Source: Schmidtea polychroa (lineage: Eukaryota). From it: a stretch of DNA of 64,000 nt. Position 1 is the first letter of the stretch, and every line of letters begins with the position of its first letter. Location of the stretch: positions 31,992,001 to 32,056,000 of the forward strand of contig CM097887.1 of the NCBI GenBank assembly GCA_044892525.1. The letters run 5' to 3'. Of the stretch, positions 12,465 to 25,369 are shown piece after piece. Both the position numbers and the translations under genes were made by a program. The notes under the pieces are model-generated. The model saw only the letters and a list, made by a program, of their open reading frames with translations. It made no database searches and was not told where the DNA came from.

Positions 12465-12790
12465 ATTGTATGATTGGCGAATCTCAGTTCTATTTTTATT
12501 TTCTTAAAAGAACACTCTTCGTAGCCCCAAAATTAAATGAATTTGACCAACAAGTTCAAAGATATATGTAAAGATTGTTCCCTTGAGAAAACTCTCCTCT
12601 CTATTGCAGGAGATGTAACATCCATCCATATCTACATCTTATTTCATTTTTACTGAATATTTCTCATGTATCTTCCACAGGAGGAACAAGACGTTTCACA
12701 ATAAAGAAGGCCGACATTTTTGCAAAGATCTACGGATTTTTCGCCGTTTTCTCTAGGTGCAAAATACAATTTCCCCAAATTAATAGTTGT
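12465..12790 (-). pseudogene. Merlin (IS1595/ISXO2-like) transposase N-terminal fragment
   Basis: DLCKNVGLLYCETSCSSCGRYM ... CNREESFLKGTIFTY ... IKIELRFANHTI. The CxxC zinc ribbon and 'S..KGT.F' motif parallel the copy at 50.1-50.7 kb. Stops and frameshifts present. Confidence 0.55.
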
Positions 12791-15398
12791 TAGGTTAATA
12801 GAATTCACGCCTCAAATATTTATTTAAAATTTTAGATAGATTATTTAATATTTATTTATTTTTATTCGTTGAGAGAATACTGCAGAAGTACTAAAAGTAT
12901 TTGCCTTTTATTAAAAATAACTAACGACGAATTGAATAATTATTTTAGTCAAACTTAAAAACAAAGTGTTCCTGAAATAATTAAGGTTAATATTTCATTT
13001 TATTACGTTTTCAGTCCCTGAATGTAAGTGTACTCTTTCAGTAATTCCTTTGAATGAATCAATATATTTTGATACTGTCGCTTCACAAATATTTATAGCA
13101 TATTGAGTAAATATTTTATTATTAAGGGCTTTTAATGTAAGTGTATAATACTCTATCAACAATTCTTTCGAATAGATCATTTGAGTTCAGGTAGTCTTTT
13201 TGACTTGGCTTCACAAATCTTTGTTTTGCAGCTTTTCCAAAGTTACATTATTTATTATAATTTTTTGCAATATAATATAGGATTTTCAAACGTACATATT
13301 TGATTGGGACTGTCCTAAGTTCAACGAACAAATCCTGAGTTCCGAATTGCCTCTGGAAAACCCGACTTAGCAAAATTATTTAATATATCTTGCAATATTG
13401 ACCTTTTATACAAAGATGTCTGTTTATTAATCAAATTTTAACTAAATATGACTGGAATAAACGAGAAAAACAATAGATTAGAAATGGATAATATTTTTTA
13501 AAGATCTTTCAGTTTGCAATAATTTGGATAAAATTGTGGCCCACATACCCTTAATTCCACATTCCAATGTAATATATTTTATGGTTATGATACATTTGTA
13601 CTGGTTCCATATCTTTCTTGATTTGAACCGGTTTCGTTTCAACTATTTTCTTAATTAGACTTGCTGATTTGAATATATTAAATCTAAAAAATTTAAATAA
13701 TTTATATATTTATTTTCTTAGCGTTTTCTTTGACAAACTGATCAATAATATCCCTTGTATTTAAGTTATCAAATAAATCTTTCTCAATTGATGAAATAAT
13801 TAAATCATTGAATTTGCACTATCCAAAAGAAGATCGTAAATAATAAAACTAATTATAAAACTAATAACTAAATGGCTAATAACTAAATAACTAATAATAA
13901 CTAATAATACATCGCAAATAAAAATTGCCGCCTTCTAAATTATTATTTAGATTTAATAATATTACAACCTAATATTTTCAAAATTAAATTCTATTACTCA
14001 CTGTTGAGATATAAATATCTATTCTTCATTAAAAATTAACAATCAGTCAACTAATTTAACTAGATGTAAACATTAAGTTATATATTACCACATCATAACG
14101 TCTTGTTCCTAAAAATATATGTTTTAAGTATCATTATTATTATTTCATTTAAGATATATTTAAAACCACGATGTTTTAATTACAACAAATTCATGATCAA
14201 ATATTGATTAAGACTATTTTTTTAATAATTTCTGTCTATCAGACACAAACAAAAGAGAACACATAGACATTAGAAAAATTTCCTTTCTCTTAATATACCA
14301 ATATGAAAAATCTCAAGGATTCAAATCATTTTTAAATTCATATTTTTTTTCAAAATTCAAAAGGCCGTTAAAATTTCAAGTTTTGGCCCTGTCAATACAA
14401 CTTCGATATCTTAGTGTGTGTGAGTGTGGCACCAAAAGTTAATAAAATGAATTGTTATTGACTGCAAGTCAATTCGTCAAGTTTCAGCTAAAACGGATGA
14501 CTGGAAGTGGATTTATTAGCCCTTACAAGATTTTTATTACAATCATTTATTCATTCAACCTCGACGAAGTTAATTTAAGGGATTTTGAAATATTGAAGAT
14601 TGAAAAATTATTTTTTACACCACAAAAATGTTTGCTGTTGAATTAGGTCGTTTAAAATTAGTAATCATACTTTTAATTTATTTCTTTAAGTTTTACATTT
14701 TTGGGTTTTATTTTTGTAAATTTTACATTTAGTTTTTGAAAAATCCCTATAATATATGAAATTGTAAGAAACCTTTAAAAATAAAATTGTTATTTAAATA
14801 GGCTCCGTTTTTTGGAAGGCAGCACAAAATTTTTGCAATTGGTTCTGTGCATTCCTGCGTTTATATATAAATTACTTTATTAAAATCACAATTTATCTAT
14901 TCTTTTCGAAATTGGTTGGGTTTGCAGCTTTTTTAATATAATTATTACTTTTAAACATCTTGTTCTTGACACCAAAATCAAAGATTTATTTACCATTTTT
15001 TGCCAATACAATTCCGACATTATTACATAATATTATTCTTAATAATTGAGGTTTTACTGAAATGTTATTATTAAAATTCAAAATATATTACAAAATTTAT
15101 ATCATATTTTTAAATACAAATTTCAGATTCTACTTTTCATTGTCGATTCATTTCACCTTTTCTACTATAAATATTCGTCAAAAGTTTCACAATTCTCAAA
15201 TAGAACATCGATAACCTCTTCAGTTAGTAGTGTTTTAAATTTTAGTTAATGATGACATTTAATTAATATTAAAAAATTATCGTTTTGTTAATATATCAAA
15301 AAATTGTTATAACCAGTAGTGAGCTATAGGACTCACTAGAGCCATTTGTTAAATTATTTTGATAATTTGCGACCTTGTTATTTCAGGATTTTTTTTTA

Positions 15399-16164
15399 TT
15401 ATAATTTTCTATAAACATTTAATTTTATATGCAACTGTAGGAACATTAGACTATTTGGTAAAATATATTGATCATTATTGGTTTTATCAAGTTCTTCATA
15501 AGTGGATCGAGTAGATTTGAGTAACTCCGACGTTTCCATTTCTATTGGATGATCGGATTCCACATCTTTGTACAAAGTATATTTGGTGTTTTTGAGATTT
15601 TGCTTCACAACACATTTCTTTGAGAATCTTTGATCAATAACATATTGTTCCTGAGAAGATATGATATTTATAAAGTATTTAACTGATTGTCTATTGTAAT
15701 CGATTGATTATCGTTTTTCTGATTCTCATTTACGGTATTGACTTTTTGATGTTTGTTAAAATGTTGAGTCTATCAATTCCATTGTTGAACCAGTTTCAGT
15801 AGTTCCTTTAACAATACATTTGTATGAAGCTAAATCCTCTCTTATCAATTCATCGAAAGTAATCTTTTCATCATTTCTAATTGATTGACTGTTAATGTAC
15901 CAAGTGTATTTTTCAAGTGTATATTTTCAAATTTAGGAATAACCTTTCTTTGCATACTACTCCTATCTTTAGGTTGTTTGGATATTTGATTGCGATGGGG
16001 TAGTCTTCATTATCCGAGCGTGATAGTTGATTTGTTCTTGATGCATCCATTGACTGGATGTTCTGTGATCCGACGACGAGTAGGAGGCACAGCATCAGCG
16101 TTACGAAATTTATTGTTTGTAATGTAAATTCGAGATAGAGGTGATGCATTTGATTGATCCTCAA
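15399..16164 (-). pseudogene. Disrupted secreted or surface immunoglobulin-domain protein
   Basis: Hydrophobic leader (MLCLLLVVGSQ). After removing a 13-bp tandem duplication (about 15901-15927) the frame reads VVCKERLFLNLKIYTWYINSQSIRNDEKITFDELIREDLASYKCIV (Ig C...W...D-x-x-x-Y-x-C). Further frameshift and stop downstream. Confidence 0.6.
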
Positions 16165-16704
16165 ATTGTTCTAGTTACAGAGTTTTGAGCACATTTTTGA
16201 ATTAAAGAAGAATTCGACAATATATTTCGACAAACTCACTGTCATCTTCAGGTAGAATTGTAATTCAAACTAAATTAATCTAAATTTACTCTTTTTTAAA
16301 CAAACTAATTCATTAATTTTTTTAAATAAAATTTTGCTAAAATATCATAAAATCGTGTTTTCTCAATTCAAACTTTCAAAATTCACAAAAGTTGAAATCA
16401 AACAACATTTCAATAAATTTTTCACAAAATTGTGTTTACTAATATAGTGCCTCTTTTTACTTATTTATTTATATATAAGATTATAATTTACTTTTTGGAT
16501 ATATATCTGTAAACTTGTAAACATGGCGTATGAAAATAACCTCTGGAGACCAAAACATAGTCTATACACAGATATTTTTTCTGTGAATTAGCTGTGATGT
16601 GATTTCCAATGTACCAGGTAAAGTATGCAATTTAGTTGATTTAGCATTATTAGCATTAAGTATACTTACCTGGCGCGAAGAGAAATCTTCGCGTCTCCTG
16701 CGTC

Positions 16705-16740
16705 GTACTGATGAGAGCCAAAAGCTCGAAACTAGTCTAC
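16705..16740 (+). ncRNA. Minimal type-I hammerhead ribozyme
   Basis: GTA-CTGATGA-GAGC(CAAAA)GCTC-GAAA-C-TA-GTC-TAC: complete CUGAUGA and GAAA core, 4-bp stem II, palindromic stem III (ACTAGT), GUC cleavage triplet (C16737), and stem I GUA/UAC. Confidence 0.85.
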
Positions 16741-17399
16741 TATTGGGATTTGCACTGGGTATCACAAAGCTTGTAATGTTTATATTATTCAAATGTTAGA
16801 CATCCGTAAAAAAAAAAGGGTTCACTGTATAATTAAAAATCGTTTTCTATTTTGAATAATGATGCATTTATTTATGTTAGTATTATCATTAAACTTTAAC
16901 AGCATTGATCATAAACATAAAATGGAACCCAGTGCCCACAGAATTTAGTTTGACCCCTACAAAATGTTTTGGTTTCTCAGCAACACTCATAAAAAAGCTA
17001 CAATAATAATGATATTTTTATCACTTATTATAAAAATACAAATAAATAAACAAATAATTTAAAATACTCAAGCATTTACAGTTGCATGATTGCAGTTCTA
17101 ATAAATTTTAAATAAAATCTAACTATTTTATTGTATTAAATATATACAGGACCGCTTCTAGCTGAAATTGGCCGCTCTCATTAAAGCAAATGTTTTATAC
17201 AAAATACATTTATGTAGCTTTTATGCAATATAAATAATGAATAAATAATAAATAAAAAAAAGTTTTTATTTTTGTTTAAATAAGCGGAAGATCGATCTTT
17301 TCAATAACGCACGAAATAACAAATCCAGCAGCAACAGCCAAAACCCAATTCAATGAAAAACTTGGAACAGAATACGAACCATCTCATCTATACAATCGC

Positions 17400-18420
17400 A
17401 AATAACTATGAAAATTTTATTATCGAAGCTTTTAAGTGTAATAAAATTTTATACTATGTTGCACTTGCAAATTCATCTATCTTTCCAATTATTAGCTTGC
17501 TGTGCTAAATTACTTAATTCTAAGTTTTCTTATGTAAAGTACATGTCAGACTATATCATTGCTTCATTTTCAAAATTTTCGATTTTATGTATAATTTGTA
17601 ACACCAACTTTTCTACTTAAGTTTAACGATTGAGGTTACTAATTTGAATTGAATGTACTGAAATTGAACTGAGCAGTCTTACTTTCACAAAGCGACATTT
17701 TAAAGAATTAATTATTGAGTCAAAATATGGTATAAATATAGTTAGCTCAAAATAATCTTCCATATTTGATGATCTAGGATTGTTCCGGTGTTTCTGTTTG
17801 TTATAATTTTGTGTTCGATTAAATTCATTATTTAATTGGTTTGATAATCTAGTTACCCTGTTAAAAATGTCAGTTTTAAAATACGTCTTGACGTTTGCCC
17901 TGTAAAGATTAAATACCACTGAAAGCTTCTGTGCATGATCTTGTACTTGAAATATATTTAAATTTTTTGTTTGAAGTATTTGTGCAATAGGTTCAAGTAA
18001 TGACGAATATGTGGATATTATATTGAAACAAAATAAAAAAGTTGACGAATTGTACGAACAAATTAATACTATTGCCATTGGACGTCGTTGCAAAAGATTT
18101 TAACCTATTAAAAATATGCTGATAATTTTCATAAAATATCCTAACACTCTTGTATTTACTCATCCAGTGAGTTTCACAAAATAATGCTATGTTTGGAATC
18201 AACGATCTTCTTAAAGAATTCACTGAAGATTACGATTATACAACTCATAGTTCCTATGGTATTTCGAATCTCAGGAACAATATTGAGAAATTTAACTACA
18301 AAACTCCCCGTGTGAGAGGCACGATAAACAAAGGCAACTTTAGGATAATTTTTTTAATAATTGTTTGAACGCCATCATTTTTGCCAGCCATGGCAGAATA
18401 TCCATCATAACATTAGTCTA
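17400..18420 (-). pseudogene. hAT transposase pseudogene (ZMYM1/THAP12-PRKRIR-like group)
   Basis: SAMAGKNDGVQTIIKKNYPKVAFVYRASH (GQ.YDGA..MSG...GVQ...CxxH region), LFCETHW (LCETRW), QKHRNNP...EDYFELTIFIPYFDSIINSLKCRF. Multiple frameshifts. A hAT-like terminus CAGGACCGCTTCTAG lies at about 17147. Confidence 0.8.
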
Positions 18421-18589
18421 ATAATGTGTCAAGGTTGAAACTTTGATTGATTAATCATACAGAATAATGTAAAATATTGTTTACATACCCTGTACTGACT
18501 GGATAATTTGTTAAATGTTATAAAACATGAAAGAGAAACTAAGTTGTTTTAATGATTTGATTGAAAGAGAGCCAAAGCTGTAGAGGGGT

Positions 18590-18800
18590 AAAATTGAGAT
18601 CTTATTGAGATTTAGAAAGTAAGAAATTCTCTGTTGTGTGTGATATTTCAGAAATGTTTCTACAAATATGATTAGAGAAAAGAATGTATTGTATTTGAGA
18701 TTTTGAAGTTTAAAAAGATAGTGAAGTAGAAATGTATAACCTCATCAGATTAATATCTGGACTTAAGGCGCTTCCATTACAAAATTCAAAATCAAGTCAA
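18590..18800 (+). pseudogene. Bel/Pao LTR-retrotransposon reverse-transcriptase fragment
   Basis: ILLRFRK...FSVVCDISEMFLQI matches the Bel/Pao RT motif 'VLLRFR....A..ADI.KMFLQI'; stops present. Confidence 0.65.
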
Positions 18801-19366
18801 TGTTTTACTTGAAAAGACATGTGAAAAATTACTGAAAGTCGAACAAAATTATAATGAAATTACGTAGTCTTATTTCAAGAAAAGATCTAATGTATAATTG
18901 GTTCTTGGAACAAGGTTTTGGTGAAGAAGATTTAAGGTTTTAAACATATTGGAGGGGTATCTTAACTTGTATTAAAAGTTCAAAATAATTCAGGATCTGA
19001 GAGGAAGAAAACATTACAATATTCAAAATTTCCGTAGATTTGAAAATAAGGGATTCGAAAGAAGAAAAGGAAGATAAATATGACATAACATATAATATAC
19101 AGATAAATGTTTAAAATTACGTAAAATGCTTTAGAAAATAAGATTAAAGACTTTTGATTAAAATAACTTTTTTAAATCACTAACTTCGACAGCATCAACA
19201 ATACCAAGTCCTTTTCATTTTTCTGAATAAACACTTCTGAAAAAATTTTTGATTCTTTCAAAATTAAATTAGAGAATACGGTTCGTCACTATCTTGAATG
19301 CGTTGACTATTAAAATATGCCATAACTTATTCACGACATATTTTCAGAATATTTTCTCTACCTTTC

Positions 19367-19481
19367 ACTAATTAAGGAAATAATAAATAACGCGCTCTTG
19401 ATCAAAGGTTAGGGTTGTCAGGACTAAGCTTGATAATCACCTTTGATCAAAAGTGACTTGTTTCCTATTTTATTAATTAGT
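19367..19481. repeat. Small imperfect inverted repeat (possible mini-MITE)
   Basis: Core arms TTGATCAAAGGT (19398-19409) and ACCTTTGATCAA (19439-19450); outer arms ACTAATTAA / TTAATTAGT. Confidence 0.55.
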
Positions 19482-21828
19482 CACAGATAAAAGAAATTGT
19501 AAATGAAAACAGATCAAAAGTGAAGAAGATAAAATATTTCAATTATAGATAAATATGGATATGATGTCAACTAATATTTAGAGTGCAGAATCCGATCTGT
19601 TGATCGAATTGTCTCATACTGATTCATTCCTAGATGCAATTATTAGTGATCATGACATAGTTAATCTTAACTACGAATCATTTTTTTTAAATGAAGACAA
19701 CAATGTCAAATGACATATTTTTATGATTCTATTTTAAAATTTTATTTCTTTACTGAATTATTTTATTATGAAATATATTTTCGTTTTATTTAAATTAAAA
19801 ATAAAATTGTGATTAAAGCAAAATTATACAAATTATCTTTATAAATCGAAGGTTCTCATTATTCACATGATCTTTGAAAATTTTTAATGTCTTATGTATT
19901 TTTAAACTCCATTGATTCATCAATTGCTAGAGTGAATTATATTGCGCTCTACACCAAACATAAAAGTAATTGAAATTTTAACAAGTCACAAGCCTTACTT
20001 TTCATTACATTATTCATACTGATCCAATAACACGGTATCCACTTATAAAGGCGCAGCAATAAAGTTCACGCTGTTTTATTCGGGTAAACCCTTAATAATA
20101 TTCCTTTAATGAAATGTCAATTACGTAACAACACTGACAGACCTCTATAATATTTTGCAGAATCACATGTATCAAAACTATATATTTTTACTTGATGACT
20201 CTGGAATTCTCAAGATATAAATAACTTTTGACTGTCATAGATAGCGTATTCTTCCCCGTGATTCATAAATTCATCATGGTCATCGATAAGACTCTTATCC
20301 TCTTCTGATTCGAATTAGATCATAGAAAAATATCATGTACGTGATAACGTATTCTAAATACGTTATTATTTATCAGAGTAAATTAATCTTGCTACGATTC
20401 TTATAAGTTAGCTTGTAGTGCATTTTACCGTGGAATTCTTGACAAATACAGTTTTTCTCTCTTTGAATCTGTCAAAATATTTTCTAAAAAAATCGGTAGT
20501 TTTACTTGGACAATTTATTTTCTTCGAGCTTAATTTTATCTCACCTGAACCAAAGACATAAATTATATAAAAATACGAGGATCACTCACGGTTCTTTGGC
20601 TAAGCATTCTCTATCTATGATTTCGTTCTATGATCTCATTTTCCGGATGATTGATCTTCACATTTAAATTTTAAATTAATATTTCATTTCAAACATTGCC
20701 GTCAAGTCGGTTTCCGTTATCTGAATAATTCTTCAATTTTTCTTGAAATACCTTATGAATTTTCATTAGTTTGATTTCTCCAAATAATAAACTGACTTGG
20801 TCCACAGTTGAAAAAATTAATCATTCATAATCAGCTAACCCATCCCAATCGCCGAAACCTATATAATGGCATTCTGTGCAATTCTTAACTATTTACTTCT
20901 GAAGTCTATGAATTTTTCACTTCTGGTATTTTTGTTTTTTTTAAATGATTTTTGGAATGACAATTTATGATGTCTCCCACTGTCATTTCTTTTTAACACA
21001 ATTAATTACACCACTTTAAACATTTTCCTGACACTTTGATTAAATGACATTTACGGGATTTTTTGAAATATTTACAAGATGAAATAATGATCTTATGATT
21101 CAATTTTCAATAATTCCCTGTAAGTTACTAAGCAGTATGTTTCAAAAGTTTCAAAAGTCACTAAACACAGCTATCTGTTGACAGTTGCAGTATCATCCGG
21201 TAATTGATGAATTTTGATTTTCCACTCCAATGCCAAGTTTATCTCGTTGAGCTTAGTCTGTAAATAGGTGACAGTAATGTTTCTTGCTTATCCATGACAG
21301 ATCTAACCATGAAAGCTTTCTTGAAGAGTTTCTCATCGAATATATCGGTAAACATTATAAGACGGTGGATTATTTTTTGTTTATCCATATTATAATGTTA
21401 TTACATCATTCGATGCTCTACAAATTTTTAACATTCAGTTCCGAAATATAAGTCGATATTACACTTTTCGTGCACTGATATAATAAAAGAACATAAAAGA
21501 ACATAATTTTAATAAATATCTTTTTGAAATATCTTTCGACAGCTTATAGGTTCATAAGTAATTACAAAATTATATGTGCGGAATTCTATAAAATTAATTT
21601 AGCGCTATAAAAATATAAATGTGTGGTGATTTTGGAGTTAAATGATATTATCATCAAAACCTCACAAGTAATACGTTCTCAATAGTTTTTGATTATTAAT
21701 TATAATTGTAAATTCTAATAATAAATTTTATAAAATTTAAATATATCAGTGTTTCTCAATCGCAAGTCCGAGAAAAACTTTAAAAATATAAGTCGGTAGA
21801 AAGGGAAACTGCATATATGTGTGTGCGT

Positions 21829-22260
21829 CATGGGCGTCCGCAAGGGGGGGGGCACTTGCCCCCACCCCCTTGAATTTCCCAAACCATTATATTTTTCGAT
21901 TAATTTAAGCACATTTTAATAGATGCGCTCAAACAATGTTGAAAAAACCCATGACAAAAAAAATTAATAAAAAAATTTAATTTAAAGAGTTTTCCTGTTT
22001 TTTTTAAAGTTATTAATTATATCTGGAAATCAATGATTTCAAATCATCTTATTTGTATAAAAACTTTCAAACGTTCTGGTTTTAAAAAAAGTGTTCTATT
22101 TTGTAAATTAATGAAAAAAAGTCCTATTTTCTATAATTCCCCAAATATTTATTATACACATGCATTTTTTTCAACTCTCTTCCCTCCTAGAAAAATTGTA
22201 TACTTGGTAAAAAAATATTTTTGCCCCCCCCCCTTGGAAAAATTCCTATGGACGTCCATG
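21829..22260. mobile_element. hAT-family MITE (432 bp) with perfect 8-bp TSD
   Basis: TIRs CATGGGCGTCC / GGACGTCCATG. TSD GTGTGCGT at 21821-21828 and 22261-22268, inside a (GT)n tract. Confidence 0.92.
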
Positions 22261-22627
22261 GTGTGCGTGTGTGTATGTGTGATTGGTAGAGAATAAATAA
22301 ATAATAAATATATATTGCTCAATGTAGTTGTAGTTTTTTTTACAAGAATTTTTTAATAAAAAATATTATTATTACCGACCCGCATATAAAAGCAGATATT
22401 TTGCGGTCCGCGATGAGTAATGTTGAAAAACACTGATTTAGATGCAATCAGCACAATATGTTATATTTATAAAAAATTAATTTATCGTAAATTGAAAATA
22501 GAACAAATTTGATAATAATTTTCATTTATTTAATTATTATCTAATAAAAATCTAATAAGTTATAAAATCTCATTACCACAAATAATCAGAATAAGTCGTT
22601 TTTAAAAGAAGTGATAATAATAAAATC

Positions 22628-23467
22628 TCAGTAATATAGATATGATCTCTCAATATTCGAATATCCATTTATCAAATACTGTGGTTCACAAGGTACATTA
22701 GTTATTTGTCCACTTGGACCCCGAGTTAAATAGAATTCATCTTTATCAATTTTCGAAGGTTGACACTGCTCTTCCTCCTCGTGAGTTATTGATAATAAGT
22801 TGAAAAACACATCGAATGTTTCTTTTCCAGTTAAAATATTTTCTTGATTGTACTGATCGACAACATTCCCATTTTCATCAATCCAAGATATTTGCGGCTT
22901 GTCCATGCGGCATCTCCTCATAATATCTTGAAGTTTTCTGTTATCTTTTAATTTTGACATATCAAGGTCAATCATTCGGGTTAATCTGACGGTTTTTTTT
23001 CTCCAATTGTCTTCGAGTGGATTTATATTGTGGAACATTTCGACCAAGATTTCAATTTTTATCAACGCTTTCAAATCAGAAATTCTTAATGTTACGTATT
23101 CTGTTACAGATTTGAAATTGTTGGTTTCAGATAAGTTTTCAATCCGCTCCCCATTAGCGTCATAAATGAGCGGGGTGTGCAGTAACTCTTCGTCTTCGTG
23201 ATCAACGTGAAAAGTTTGTTTCAAGCAATCCGTTGATCTCAATATTGGTTTATGTTTTTTGCTTAACGAATCATAAATTGATTGAATAACTCTCTCGGAT
23301 GAATGATATTTTCCTGGAACATTTTCCGAGGTTGTACTAGCCAAATTTTGTAACTTTTCAGTCTTAATGGGATCTTCGTATCGATAACTATAATGATCGT
23401 ATATTTTGGAAGTATATGGATATATCACATTACCTAATATAAATAATATTATATTTCTTTGCCGCAT
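22628..23467 (-). CDS. Intronless 279-aa ORF of unknown function; weak N-terminal hydrophobic leader and possible degenerate Ig-like C-terminal segment
   Basis: An 840-nt open frame in very AT-rich DNA. N-terminal IILFILGNVIY; C-terminal RCRMDKPQISWIDENGNVV resembles an Ig C/C' strand pattern (weak). Confidence 0.65.
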   Translation of the reverse strand: MRQRNIILFILGNVIYPYTSKIYDHYSYRYEDPIKTEKLQNLASTTSENVPGKYHSSERVIQSIYDSLSKKHKPILRSTDCLKQTFHVDHEDEELLHTPLIYDANGERIENLSETNNFKSVTEYVTLRISDLKALIKIEILVEMFHNINPLEDNWRKKTVRLTRMIDLDMSKLKDNRKLQDIMRRCRMDKPQISWIDENGNVVDQYNQENILTGKETFDVFFNLLSITHEEEEQCQPSKIDKDEFYLTRGPSGQITNVPCEPQYLINGYSNIERSYLYY

Positions 23468-24539
23468 AAGTTTTTATTGTTTAAATAACACTTGGATTTG
23501 TATTAAATAGAAAACATTGATCTATAGTTGAAAACTAAATGAAAAAATATTTGACAAATATATATGCTTTATAAGTAAATGTTTATACCAATTCGCATTG
23601 TTGAGGATTATAAACTAATTTGTGAAATTAAGGCCAAGTCGATTACAATATAGTTAGTAACTATTATTCTTAAAACCAGCGGATAATGGTTAGATTCGGT
23701 CAAGAGAGTTTAGGTCGACTTGATATTTCAAACAAAAGAATCACGTATTTTGGAGAAACTGATAATAGATCGCCCGGAGAAATATAAGAAATGGTCACTA
23801 GTTATTTATCAATTATAATGTCTTTAATGCATATGTTGCCCACAAAAATGGATATCAGCCTGATTTTTATTTTAAGTTCTGTCTAAATAGATATACCACT
23901 TACCACCACTTTTTGTTTCTGAAATTATTAGCCCATTTATTGGATGGTATGGATAATGTTAGAGACATAATCATCCCCTTTAACAATTATAGAACGGACC
24001 AAAACATATAGAAAATTAACATTGTGTCGAAATGGAAGAATTAGAGAAAGAAAAAATACGCGAGGATGATCAGATAAAGTGGGCCGAATATTAGCATCAA
24101 TATTTGCAAATAAACAAAAGTATCAACAATAATTCTTAAATTTAATTTCTTTTGTGAAACATTTTAAGAAAAAGAGTAATATCTTGTGCCTATTACAGAG
24201 GTGGATAATCAAAGTAATGGTGCTTTTAACCCATTGTGATACCATGGTAGAATTAAGATTTTTGTTAATATAGTATGTTAACTCGTTCATTACCAACCAC
24301 ATAAAAAATATGTCAATAGCATTGAATTGACACTAAAGTTTGTTTTTTATGTTCATTGTATCCCTTTCATTTGGCCGATTTTCAATTGTTTCCAGAATTT
24401 GCTAGAAGTTGATATGGTCTATTCAACGAACACTGGTAAAATGTACCACTATAACATACTATTTATAATTTGCCCAAGATAAAACAAAATAACTTCAAAT
24501 TCAAATATATTCGAACAGAACATTCATTAGATGAAGTCA

Positions 24540-24700
24540 ATGTCTATGATACGTAATAAAACACTTTCAATCGAGTCTGTTTGCACTTAACGCATCGAAA
24601 CAAATGTGTTTCTTCCACATCAAGTTTGTCGAAATAGTCCTTCTGTCTAAAACATGTCCCACCCTATCATAATGAATGTCAGGAAGTTGCGATTAAGGAT
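24540..24700 (-). pseudogene. piggyBac transposase C-terminal fragment
   Basis: PDIHYDRVGH ... KCFITYH, matching the PGBD 'RYD..GH' and cysteine-rich-domain '.CF..YH' ends; degenerate. Confidence 0.55.
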
Positions 24701-25369
24701 TTAGTAGGATTACTTTTGCTCCTGATAAATCTTACCTCCTACCAGAGACCTGCACTGGCCAGTAAAATTTTTACCCGACCCGGCGTTTAGTAAAATAATA
24801 TAGCTCAATCATAAAGACCGTATTAGACGAAATCATATTTATCAAGAATTTTGAACTAGATTTTCAAGTCCATGGAATCGAAATGCTGTCATTTACGTAA
24901 ATTACAATACAAAACTTTTTAAAAAATTATTTTGTAACAATTCTTTTCGAATATTGAGCGCAAAGCGAGTGCCCCCAACTCTTTGGTGCCCTTGGCAAAT
25001 GCCAATTTCGCCCTAAGGAAATTATTTTTAATTATTTGTTAATTACTAAATTATAAATTATTAAAATATATTTTCATATTTTCTCAAATAAACACCTTTT
25101 ACTAACTGAACCGTTTTAGTTATGTAACGTTTCAAAAAAATTCGGTTTTAAATCATTTCCCTTTTGATAAAGAATTGAAATATAAAATATGAAAGTAAAT
25201 TAATGAAAAATAATTTCTTTTCTAAGCTATCGATTAATATTTTCTTATATCAATAGTTTAGAAACGAAATGAAAGAAAAAAGGAAATCAAAAAACGAGCA
25301 ATGGTGAAAAGATAAAAGATTTTAGAGAAAGTATGAAATATATTATTGTGAAATAAAGAATATATTTAC

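Noticed and set aside
6452-22435. Pairing the hAT left end at 6452 with the hAT right end at about 22435 as one 16-kb element
   Set aside because: The 8-bp flanks (GGCTAAAG versus ATTTAGAT) do not match.
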